Assembly (NCBI RefSeq): GCF_004010195.1
Contig: NC_057718.1
Span: 98,965,794-99,029,793 of the forward strand
Source of the DNA: Chiloscyllium plagiosum
Lineage: Eukaryota
Length of the DNA: 64,000 bases
Direction of reading: 5' to 3'
Every line of letters starts with the position of its first letter. The first letter of the stretch is position 1. Both the position numbers and the translations under genes were made by a program. Positions 52,854 through 64,000 of this stretch are shown here, piece by piece. The notes under the pieces are model-generated. The model did not search any database, was not told where the DNA came from, and was given only the letters and a program-made list of their open reading frames with translations.

Positions 52854-53353
52854 NNNNNNNNNNNNNNNNNNNNNNNNNNNNNNNNNNNNNNNNNNNNNNN
52901 NNNNNNNNNNNNNNNNNNNNNNNNNNNNNNNNNNNNNNNNNNNNNNNNNNNNNNNNNNNNNNNNNNNNNNNNNNNNNNNNNNNNNNNNNNNNNNNNNNNN
53001 NNNNNNNNNNNNNNNNNNNNNNNNNNNNNNNNNNNNNNNNNNNNNNNNNNNNNNNNNNNNNNNNNNNNNNNNNNNNNNNNNNNNNNNNNNNNNNNNNNNN
53101 NNNNNNNNNNNNNNNNNNNNNNNNNNNNNNNNNNNNNNNNNNNNNNNNNNNNNNNNNNNNNNNNNNNNNNNNNNNNNNNNNNNNNNNNNNNNNNNNNNNN
53201 NNNNNNNNNNNNNNNNNNNNNNNNNNNNNNNNNNNNNNNNNNNNNNNNNNNNNNNNNNNNNNNNNNNNNNNNNNNNNNNNNNNNNNNNNNNNNNNNNNNN
53301 NNNNNNNNNNNNNNNNNNNNNNNNNNNNNNNNNNNNNNNNNNNNNNNNNNNNN
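52854..53353. other. Assembly gap (500 N)
   Basis: Run of N. Confidence 0.99.
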
Positions 53354-54420
53354 GCATGGATAGAGGATTGGCTGACTGGCAGAAGGCAGAGACTGGGGAT
53401 AAAGGAATCTTTTTACAATGGCAACCAGTGACTAATGCAGTTCCGCAGTGGTCGGTTTTGAGACCACAACTATTCACGTATTATTAACGATCTGGACAAA
53501 GGAACTGAGGGCATTGTTGCTAGGTTTGCAGATGACACAAAGATAGGTGAAGGGACAGGTAACGTTGAGGTGGTGGAGAGGCTACAGATGGTTGAGTCAT
53601 TCCTGATAAAGGGCTCCTGCCCGAAACGTTGATTTTCCTGCTCCTCGGATGCTGCCTGACCTGATGTGCTTTGCCAGCACCACTCTAATCTTGACTGTAA
53701 TCTGCAGTCCTCACTTTCGCCCTTCAGATTTGGAGGCTAGCATTCCTTTCGTTTTCTTATCAATTTTCTGCATCTGTTCATGGCTATGCACCTGAATCCC
53801 CAAATCCCATTGGGGCATCCACTATATTTAACTTTGTGCTTTCTAATGCTTTCATTTGGCATTTGGGAAGGCAAATACAATGTTAGCATTCATTTTGAGA
53901 GGGCTAGAATGTACTGCAGAGGTTATGTGAGCATCCGGTCAGACCGCATTTGGAATATTGTGAGCAGTTTTGGGCCCCATATCTAAGGAAGAATGTGTGC
54001 TGATCTTGCAGGGGATCCGCAAAAGGTTTACCAGAATTATCCCAGGAATGAAGGGCTTGTCATATGAGTAGTGGTGAGGAATTGAAGAGGAATGAGGAGT
54101 GATCCCATTTAAACTTAGATACTGAGAAGCCTGCATAGGATGTGGAGATGATTTTTCTATTCTGAGGAGAGACGAGGACCCAAGGGCATAGCTTCAGAGT
54201 GAAGGGATGATCCTTTAAGGGGATTTTTGTCACCCAGAGGATGCTGAATTTGTGGAACTCATTGTCACGGAAGGCCATTGAGGCAAAGTCACTGTATTTA
54301 AGATAGAATGCATTCTTGAATAGTAAGGGGATCAAAAGTTATGGGGAGAAGGCAGGAGGATGGGGTTGAGCAGCGTATCAGCCATAATCAAATGGTGGAG
54401 CAGACTCGATGGGCCAAATT
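53354..54420 (+). mobile_element. CR1 LINE RT 3' region, interrupted by a family A pLTR at about 53598-53722
   Basis: VPQWSVLRP, RFADDTK and VRPHLEYCEQFWAP remnants. The insert reads CTGATAA-AGGGC-TCCT-GCCC-GAAA-CGTT. Confidence 0.78.
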
Positions 54421-54442
54421 ACCTAATTACACTCCTGGCACA

Positions 54443-54571
54443 TAGTCATAGAGATGTACAGCATGGAAACAAACTCTTCGGTCCAACCCGTCCATGCCGA
54501 CCAGATGTCCCAACCCAATCTAGTCCCACCTGCCAGCACCCGGCCCATATCCCTCCTAATCCTTCCTATTC
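54443..54571 (-). mobile_element. Young CR1 tail fragment
   Basis: Reverse-complement match to 48810-48930. Confidence 0.85.
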
Positions 54572-56336
54572 AACATCTTATGGTCTTATGGAACTTTTTC
54601 ATCCAGTGAGTGGTAAGCCTGTGGAAATCTCTACCATGGGAACCTATTGAGGCTAAAGAATCAAAGAGTATGGATAGAAATCAGGAACAGAGTGCTGAGT
54701 TGGATGATCAGCCATGATCATACTGAATGGAAGTGCAGCTCAAAGGACCAGATGGCCTACTTCTGTTTTCTATGTGTCGGAGTTTTTGTTTATTTTGAGT
54801 ATTCTGAAATATCCTCTTAAATGTCTGCTACTTTGTCTCTATTGAGCTATCCCCTAGCCTAGTATCAGTTCGCTTTAGCTAGCCCAGCTTTGATGCCTAC
54901 ATCATTGTCCTTGTTTAAGATTAAAACATGAGTCTTAGACCGAATCTTCTCCTTTTCAAATTGGATGTTAAATTCAATCATATTGTGGTTGCTGTAACCA
55001 AGGTTGCTTTAACTCTGTTATTAATTAGTCTTGTTGCACAATATCACATCTAAAATAACTTATTTTCTGGTCAGTTCCAAAATATGCTGTTCCTAAAAAA
55101 AAAAAAAGTGATGTTGAAAGCATTCTATGAGCTCCACATCCAGGCTGCTACTGCCAATCTGATTATTGCAAATTGTATGTAGATTACCATCACCCATCTT
55201 TATTCATATCCCTTAATGGCAAGCGCTTCATACTTTTTCTTGCAAATATTGTCCCATTTTCTCCCACATTGTGTTTACTATTAGGGGACTTGCAAACGAC
55301 TTCCACTAATGACCTCTTTCCCTTACCATTCCTCATCTCCATCTGAAACAGTTCTACGTCTTGATCCCCTAAACCAAGGTCATCTCTAACTATTGCTTAA
55401 AGGATCAACAGTGCTACCCCTACACCTTTTCCTAGATTTCTATTTTTCTTCAATGTCACATACCCTCAATATTCAGGACACATCTGTTATCCTGAAGCTA
55501 TGACGACATGTTAGTTGTCAAATTGTATTTATTACTTCAGAGTACTATGAATGCTATGAATATTCCGAGTCTTAGTTTTGTCTTTTTGCTTTCTTTGCAA
55601 CATCTAGTCTTGATTTTATTATATTCCTCGGACATTTTTCTCTCTGCTCCTTCCAGACCCTCATTTTTTTGTATTACTATTTTTCTGTCTTGCCTAAACT
55701 CTACGCTAGGATAAGCCACATCTTTCCACATTTGATCCCTTGCCCCAAGTTTAGCTTAAGTTTGGTTTATTTAGTTTAAAACTCTCACTTTTATAGTTAT
55801 GCAGTTCACAAGAAACTAACCCAAGCATTGTTCATGTGTAGACTGTCCCGGCAGTTTAGTCTCTTTTCCTCCGTACTTTTGCCAGTTCGCCTTCAAACTA
55901 GAGCATACTTCACCCACAATAATTTTTGAGCAATGTGTATATCTTTTAAATTATGTATATCGTACACCAGTTTTGATGTGGCTCAGGAAATAACTTAGAG
56001 ATTATAACCTTTTTGAGGTTCTGCTTTTCAGTACCTAGTTCCTCACACTATATATGTGAAACTTTGTTCCTATTTCTACCTATGTCATCGTACCTACCTG
56101 GACCATGACTGTCAAACCCCACCTCTGCCAACTGCATTCATTTTCAGTCGTGAGCAGATTCATTCTGCTCAAAAAAGGCCTTTCAACCCATCAAGTTTGC
56201 ACCGACATAACTACCACTGAAAGTATGCTTGTCCCAATTTTCTGAGCTTGTTCCATATCCTTGAATGTTGTGATATTTGAAATACACATCCAAATATCTT
56301 TTAAAGGTTGTAAAGTTTCCAGCCTCTTTGCTGCAT

Positions 56337-57910
56337 CCTTGAACACAGGTGAGGACCCAAAGGTCTGGAGAATTGCCAATGTCCCCTTGTTTAAGAAGGG
56401 TAGTTAGGATAATCCAGGTAATTATAGACCGGTGAACCTTGACGTCAGTGGTAGAGAAGCTGCTGGAGAAGATACTGAGGGAAAGGATCCATTTATGTTT
56501 GAAAGAAAATGGGCTTATCAGTGATGGGCAGCATTGTTTTGTCAGGGAAGGTCATATCTTACCAATTTAATAGAATTCTTTGAGGAAATGACAAAATTGG
56601 TTGATGAGGGAAGGGCTGTAGGTGTCACATAAGGCATTTGATAAGGTTTACTAAGAGAAAGTGAGGACTGCAGATGCTGGGGACCAGAGTTGAAAAGTGT
56701 GGTGCTGGAAAAACACAGGCCAGGCAGCATTCGTGGAGCAGGAGAATCGATGTTTCAGGCATAAGCCCTTCTTCAGGTTGATAAGGTTTTCCATGATAGG
56801 CTGGTGGAGAAAGTGAAGTTGCATGGGGCCCAGGGTGTACTAGCTAGATGGATAGAAAACTGGCTGGGCAGTAGGAGACAGAGTGGTAGTGGAAAGGAGT
56901 TTCTCAAAATGGAGAACTGTGACCAGTTGTGTTCCACAGAGATCCATGCTGTTTGTGATATACATAAATGATCTGGAGGAAGGTATAGGTGATCTGATTA
57001 GCAGATTTGCTGACGCTAAGATTAGTGGAGTAGCAGATAATGAAGGGGACTATCCGAGAATGCAGCAGAATATAGATAGATTGGAGAGTTGGGCAGAGAA
57101 ATGGCAGATGGAGTTCAACCCCGGCAAATGTGAGATCATGCATATTGGAAGATCCAATTCAAGAGTGAACTATATGGTAAATGGAAAAGCCCTGGGGAGT
57201 ATTGATGTACAGAGAGTTCTCTGAGTGTTAAGATCCATTGTACCCTAAAGGTAGTAATGCAGGTCGATAGAGTGGTCAAGAAGGCATATGGCATGCTTCC
57301 CTTCATTGGATGGCGTACTGAGTCCAAGGGTTGGCAGGTAACGTTACAGTTGCATAGGACTTTGGTTCGGCCATATTTGGAACACTGCATACAATTCTGG
57401 TTGCCACATTACCAAAAGGATGTGGATGCTTTGGAGAGGATGCAGAGGAGGTTCACCAGGATGTTGTCTGGTATGGAGGGTGCTAGCTATGAAGAGAGCT
57501 TGAATAGATTATGATTATTTTCATTAGAAAGATGAAATTTGAGGGGGGACCTGATTGAGGTTTACAAAATCATGAGAGGTATAGACAGGGTGGATAGCTA
57601 GGCTTTTTTTCCCCAGAGTGGGGGATTCAATTACTAAGGGTCACACGCTCAAGGTGAGAGGGGAAAAGTTTAAGGGAGATATGCTTGGAAAGTTCTTTAC
57701 GCAGAGGGTGGTGGGTGCCTGGAATGCATTGCCAGCAGAGGTGGTAGAGGCGGACACGATAGTGACATTTAGGATGTATCTGGACAGATACGTGAATGGG
57801 CAGGGAGCAGAGGGATACAGAAAATAGGCGACAATTTTAGACAGAGGATCTAGATAGGCGCAGGGTTAGAGGCCGAAGGACCTGTTACTGTGCTGTAATT
57901 TTCTTTGTTC
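56337..57910 (+). mobile_element. CR1 LINE, 5'-truncated ORF2 and tail
   Basis: NYRPV, LTNLIEFF, VPQRS, SRFAD, LVRPYLEHCIQFW and FFTQRVVGAWNALP. Confidence 0.92.
56650..56777 (-). mobile_element. Family A pLTR inserted in CR1 with 12-bp TSD
   Basis: TTGATAAGGTTT at 56638-56649 and 56778-56789. Minus strand CTGAAGA-AGGGC-TTAT-GCCT-GAAA-CATC. Confidence 0.85.
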
Positions 57911-58197
57911 TCATTGCAGAGGCTGACACTTCAGCCCTCTAGCTCCTCTTACTTGTCTCAGTCACAATCACACCCTTCTGTACCTGACTATCAGCAAACC
58001 TTGTCCTAAGTAGTGCATCAACCTCCTGATATAAAGACTCCAGGTAAACTTCACCTCCTTTGATGCATCAGTGTCTGTATTTCAGTCTTCAGTCTATAAT
58101 TTCTGAGCCAAGTCTGCTCGAACGTCACTTACTGCAGATGTGTTTGCTATAGATTCTGCAGCCTGTTCGCATCAGCTGAACTTCTCATCTCAATGAG

Positions 58198-58368
58198 TTA
58201 AAATTCACACCACACCAGGTTATAGTCCAACAGGTTTAATTAGAAGCACTAGCTTTCGGAGGAGCAGTGCTCCAAAAGCTAGCGCTTCCAATTAAACCTG
58301 TTGCACTATAGCGTGGTGTTGTGATTTTTTAATTTTGTACATCACAGTCCATCACTGGCACCTCCAAA
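58198..58368. mobile_element. Fold-back family B pLTR element with imperfect 13-bp TSD
   Basis: TCATCTCAATGAG (58185-58197) and TCATCCTAATGAG (58369-58381). Inverted arms centred on GGAGCAGTGCTCC. Confidence 0.8.
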
Positions 58369-60159
58369 TCATCCTAATGAGGTTTAATTATGTATTGATC
58401 ATTTACTTATGCTGCCTTTTATATATTTTATTGGTGTTACTGCCAATTTGTATGTTATGTAAAAATTTAAGAATAGAAAGATCTTAACCAGAGACTTATC
58501 AAATAGCAAGCTTCTTTCACTATAGTAGACTTAGAACCAATTCCAGTTAGCTTCACTGAGTCTCTGACTACCTGCCTTTGTGTCCTAACCTCAACAGCCC
58601 ATGATTTTTGTTGAATCATGTTAGATCCTTCCCTTGCCATCTAGTGTTGCTTCTCTTAATGATTGTATGTGCACATGGAATAACATGGTTGATTAACTAG
58701 CACAAAACAGAAAGTACCAGGAAAACCTCGGCAAATCTGGTAGCATCTGTGGAAAGAGAAACAAAGCTAACATTTTGAGTTCAGTTCAGCTCCTCTTGAG
58801 AACTTTAGCTTTTATCACTGTATTTTTATGTGGCTTTTCTGGCATCCCAAAGCACTCATGGAAATTTTATCAAAGAAAATGACAATGAAGGAGATATTAG
58901 ATGCGAGTGAAAACTTAGTCAGTGATTGGTTTTAAGGAAGGTGCTAAAGGTGAAGGGAGAGGTGTAGAGTTTTCAGTGGGGAATCAAAAGCCTGGGATTA
59001 ACACAGCTGACAATGATGATGCACACAAGGTGCCAAAGGCAGATAACTGGTAAATGTTGCAAAGTTAGGGAAGGAGAAACTATCAGATTTAAAGATTAGA
59101 ATTTTAAACTTGAGGCATACTAGCTAATTCTCTGAAGATCAGACAGCAGTTTATTTGTTTAGTTATTTGTACTAATGTTTGTCAAATTTAACGTGTATGT
59201 AATAAGAACATAAATGCAAATATATGAATTACAAACAGAAGTAGGCAGTTTGGCCCCTCGAGCCTGCTCTTCTATTCACTAAGATCATGGCTGATCTGAT
59301 TGTGACTTCAGTATCACATTCCCACTTACCCAATAAGTTATGATGCCTATGCACTTCAAAATATTGAATGACCTCGTCCCAACTGTTGTGGCAGGAGGAG
59401 AGTCCTAGAATATGTTTAAAGTTGAGATTGATAGATCTGATTGTAAATGGTGTAAAGAATTATGGGGATAAGTAAAAGGCATTGAAGTGTTTGATCATAT
59501 TCAATGGCAGAGCAGGCTTAATAGACTGAGTTTCCTGCTGTTGTTCCTAAGTTCCCAATAGAGTTCCAAAGATTCATGACTCTGTCAGAGAACTAATTCC
59601 AAATTAAGTGGAAGACTTAAACTGTGTTCTTCACTCTAGTCGCTTGCATAAAGGGAAACATACTTTCAGCATCCACCTTGTTTAGCCCTCTCGGAATCTT
59701 CTATGTGGGTAATGATGCCTTTTTAATAAACTAATGCAGGCATGATGGGTTAAATGCCCTTTTTCTGCACTGTAACATTTCTGAGATTCTGTGACCTATC
59801 TCAATAAAATCACCTCTTATTTATGACAAACTGCAATAGGATGTTGGCACCTTGAATCTGGTTATTCCTTGAATAGAACAGAGGATAACATGCCCCTTAA
59901 AATAGAGGAGGTCTCATGAACATTGTCTGGAACGTGACGAGGAGGTCAAGGTTTAAGGCCCACTTGTAGCAGAGGCGTGCTATAACATGTCCAAACAGTT
60001 TGATTGAAAATAATTTACTTGAAGTCCTTTAAAATTGAGTATACTATTGCACTTTATGTCGGGAAAAGGATGATGTTTTCCATTTTTTACATAGTATAAA
60101 TTTTTATATACATATATATATATATAAGTGAAGCAGCAGTAGCAATGGATGTTGGAATA

Positions 60160-60378
60160 CAGTCAGTTCTGAAATAAAGTGATAGTTGTGTTCTCGTGCA
60201 ATCTCATGTTATAAAAAAATCGCGCAATAGCTGCGCAATTTAAGCTAATGGGGCCGGAATCACGTTATAGCCAATACAAGTGAGTAAAGTTCGTGTTCTA
60301 CCAACAACAGTCTAAATTCTTCAACCGTGTTAAAACCAATTTGTTTTGAAGAAATAAGTGTTATGGCAGAACTGACTG
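60160..60378. mobile_element. Tc1/mariner-type MITE
   Basis: TIRs CAGTCAGTTCTG and CAGAACTGACTG, TA on the left and TG on the right, CpG-richer interior. Confidence 0.75.
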
Positions 60379-61489
60379 TGTTGCATATTTTGCCATTACA
60401 GGGGAGGACTGCACCCATGTTTATGGGCTGAACATTTGAGGAGGTGTGATTATCTAAAAACAAGAATCCTTAAAGAACAGAAGGGCTTTTTTTGTATCCA
60501 CCTGACATACTTAAAGTACAGTGAACTGGGGGAGAGATAATGCCATCTGAAGTTCCACCTTTCTTAATCCCAGCTAATGAAAACTATGCCTGAATGATGT
60601 TGGCATTTTTACTCAGTCACCACAGCAGTCAGGATCTGGTGCTAGTTTTCTGAAAGAGGTCAAACAACTTTTGTTAAAAAGAGGCAACAAAAAATGCAGC
60701 ACTTGTTTAATAATCCATTGATTGGCCAACTTTTCCATTGGAGCACCATGTTGCCAGTCTGATTATTCCTGTGGGATTGAAATTCAGGGACTGGTATGGG
60801 TGCTGAATCCCTTTTTAAATTAATCCACTCCAAGATTCACCTTAGTGGTTAAAAACAATAATTTTTAAACAACTTTAATATACTCTTGGAAATATGTTGC
60901 TGGAGTGTGGTGACCCTCAGGTTAAACCACCACTAGTTGTCCCTCTCCAATGGGAGAGCAGTCTTTTGGCTCAATAGGACAATGACAACTTTCCCTTCAA
61001 TGCTGTGACAGTACAAACAGTCTTGCTGCACCACAATATTGGTAGAACAGGTGTGGAGTACTTGAGCCCTTTAATATTTAGATGGTGCATTGGTGAAGTT
61101 GAGTGGCATATATTGAGATTTAATTGACTCTTTTTGCCTTGTTTATTTTTTTCTTTTGGAGGAACAAATTCAATAACCCTGCTTATGTTTCTTATGCCTG
61201 GAACCAGTCTCTGAGGCAGCACCTCATTCACAGGAAACTCAACAAACCATGGAGCTTTAGGCACTCAAAGATTGCAGATCCTGAGGTCCCTAGTTTATAA
61301 TGTAATATAGCCATTAAGGGAAGCATAAGAGTAGGAACACCTCAATGCAGCAGCAAAGGATATGATTCAGCCACAAGTTAATCTAGAAACATTGCAGACA
61401 AATGAAGTAGGTGTCATGTTAGCAGTTAGTGATATGAAATGAAAAATGTTTCTCCAATGCACTTACTGTTGGGTGATTTAATTTTGTAG

Positions 61490-61567
61490 GTCAAACTTTT
61501 CGTCTTGCTGCTTACTTTATGAAGAGGCATATGAACTTGAGATGTGTCACACAGCAGAACTATTGTG
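61490..61567 (+). CDS. SLX4IP: SLX4IP coding exon 4 (78 nt): (G)QTFRLAAYFMKRHMNLRCVTQQNYC
   Basis: Acceptor ATTTTGTAG and donor TG|GTATGT. The phase-1 junction continues exon 3. Resembles recalled human GYGFQITAYFLKRGIRLRC. Confidence 0.92.
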
Positions 61568-63549
61568 GTATGTACATATTTCAGAATGGTTAGAAGATTA
61601 ATCACATTTCAACTTGAAAAGATTTTTTATCGATTGCATACCTACAAGTAATTGAATTAGCTAAAAATGTTGCATATAATTAAAGTGCAGCTTTGAATAT
61701 GAATGCTTCAGTTTTCAACTGAATGTCTTTGATGTAATTTTCATGATGTATATTTGCTTGGATTTTCTATCCTATGTTTTACTGTGCAAACAAAAATAAT
61801 TAGACCAGGAGTGGATTAGAATATGACAAGAAAGAGAATAGCCATTGAATAATCCCAAATCCTAAACTCATTGTCGGTCACATCGCTGACAGATAGGCAG
61901 CATCCCAGAGTGGTTCCATAAGAAACAAGAAGATGCTTTTATGTTGGGCTAAGAATTGCTTCAGAGACACTCAACACCATAAAGCCATATTATAAATGGG
62001 AAATCTGCCATTAAGAGGCCATTAATGACTGTAGGGCAGATTTGGGTAGAATCCCAACATATGGCAGAAGTTTTAAATGACTACTTTGCATCACTCCTTA
62101 GAAGTGAAGATGATGCTAAGTTAATAATGCTGCAATATATAGCTGGTGCTAACATTATAAGTGTAAAAGTGAATATGGAAACAGTCCTTGCTGGATCAAA
62201 ATTAAAATTAATTGGGTAATGTTACATTGGCTCATTAATTTAGTGGATTAAAAATTCACGTTGCTCAGGTGAAACCACCACCACAGGGTACGGGCCTGGA
62301 ACATGCCCATGTTTAAAAAGGAAAATGAGGAGTTCCAGGAAACTGCAAGTCAATTTTATCCTGAAGACTTCTATACTTAATTTGTACTTTCCACTTTCCC
62401 TCCCTCCTGATCCAACTATTTTGCATTGCTGATCTGCAGTTTTATTTGACAATTTGTACTTTCACTTAATGTGGGCAAGATACATTTTCATGTTGCTTTT
62501 TTTTAAATCAAATGTTTTTGTCCTCTCTGTTTTTAGCCCTGTTCTTAAACTGAGCCTAAATATGTTGTGGTCACTATTTGAGGACTCTTCCCTACTTTTA
62601 GTTGCCTACTTTCTCCTTTTCATTAACCAGATTAGGTCAAGTAGAATTTTTTTCCTCCTTGAATTATCAGCATGTTAATTGAGGTAACAGTTTTGTGTAC
62701 ATAGCTTTTTTTTTAATCCACAAACATTTTGTCTAACAGAATATATTTTTGAATAATTAGAATTTCCTCCTTGTTATTTTATTGAATTCTACATTATATT
62801 TGCACCAGAAAACAAAATAAAGTAATGCTAAAAGCCACTGCTACCTCAGGCTAGACTTAAAAAAGTTAGAGTAGACAACCTCGGTTGAGCCTGATACTCA
62901 GAATAGTTCTTGTTCTTCTACCAGATGTTGTTGTCTGGGGTTTAGAGCCAAGAATGATCTGCAGTTAGCTGAGTCTGTACTGACTCCAAGCAAGCCATTT
63001 TCCTTCGCCTGCGCAATAGTAGGTCAAACTCCCACAGTATGTTAAATATGTGGAATACAAGAAAATAATATGACATCTTTAGGGGCTTCCTCATTCTTCT
63101 AACTGTTCTTCACATACCAAAATGCATGCCCCCTTCCCCCTTTGGAACTGATTGTATATATTTATACCACATTTCATTTTCTGCTCACTGTGAGGAATGA
63201 TTTGTACATCAGCAGTTTCACACAGCAATAAAGGAGTTCTTACAGTTAAAATAATTTTAAAGGGACTGTATACACATCTGAAGATGGAAAATAATTCATC
63301 CCCTATCGTGCCCCCTCCACTTTCCTTCCCCACTAAATCAGAGTTATCTTTGAAAGGATTCAAATATCTGGATAATCCCAGCTTTCCAGAATGGGATTGA
63401 ACCTTTTGAAGACTCCTGTCAATGTTGTAATGTCTGATTTATACAGAGTAAGGAAGGAAGAGTATGTGGAAATATCAGAAAATTCCCACCAAGCATGTTG
63501 TTTGGCACAGAAGATTTGTTGAGAATGATTGATTGGTCTGTGGCACTGC

Positions 63550-63850
63550 ACTAATACAACTACTAAAATTAAATATTACTTTTGAAGTAACATAACCTCC
63601 CAGACTACTTCTCAGGATTATTATCAAACAAAATTTGGCACCAAGCAACATAAGCTGATATTGGAGCTTGGTCGGAAAGGTAGCAAATGCACAAGAGGCC
63701 AGAAATGGAGGAGCCAGAGATCTTGGGATGGTGAAGAGAGAATGGGTGAGGTATAGCAAATGTACATCTGGAGGAGATTACAGAGATATGGAGGGGATAG
63801 CAACTGGATATTGGGAAGCTTTTGAGGAGAGGTAATAAAAAGCTGCATTC
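63550..63850 (-). mobile_element. Degenerate L2 3' region
   Basis: Reverse-strand similarity to 38200-38350 (GAGGCCAG..TGGAG, GGAGATTACAGAGAT.GGAGG). Confidence 0.5.
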
Positions 63851-64000
63851 ACTTTTGCTTACTTCTTAACAATGCCCTGGTTCTGTAAAGGAAACATTTT
63901 ACTTACCTTCCTTCCCCCTCTTTCCGATTGTGATTCCATATGGTTACTGTCCTACTCCTCTTGCATTTGGCATTGCCAAGTTGAAAGTTGTTTTTGCTAA

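Noticed and set aside
52764..53477. Long ORFs of 199 and 217 aa
   Set aside because: Artefacts of reading through the 500-N gap.
62925..63020. Next SLX4IP exon after the acceptor-like CTTCTACCAG
   Set aside because: The translation does not resemble the expected ELxVFPxRFVVCV segment. The next exon appears to lie beyond the window.

Overview
Eukaryotic, repeat-rich genomic DNA, almost certainly from a cartilaginous fish (shark-type HE1/V-SINEs, CR1 LINEs and DeuSINE-like elements; inferred from repeat content). The window lies inside one plus-strand protein-coding gene that I recognise as SLX4IP (C20orf94). Four coding exons (1800-1829, 23274-23363, 35960-36092, 61490-61567) splice in frame to [110 protein letters not shown]. 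The promoter and the 3' exons lie outside the window. The 12-25 kb introns are filled with decayed CR1, L2 and SINE copies, an ORF1-only L1-like element, a solo LTR, Tc1/mariner-type MITEs and a 500-N gap. The most notable structure is a set of more than a dozen Penelope-like (PLE) insertions from at least four sequence families. Several are short fold-back elements, many have 12-14 bp target-site duplications, and most carry a minimal hammerhead-ribozyme motif (CUGANGA-stem II-GAAA-palindromic 4-mer) whose stems covary between families. A perfect 134-bp inverted duplication spans one PLE junction, and a perfect 28-bp-arm hairpin sits in unique sequence. Repeat boundaries are read by eye and are approximate unless a TSD or TIR is quoted.
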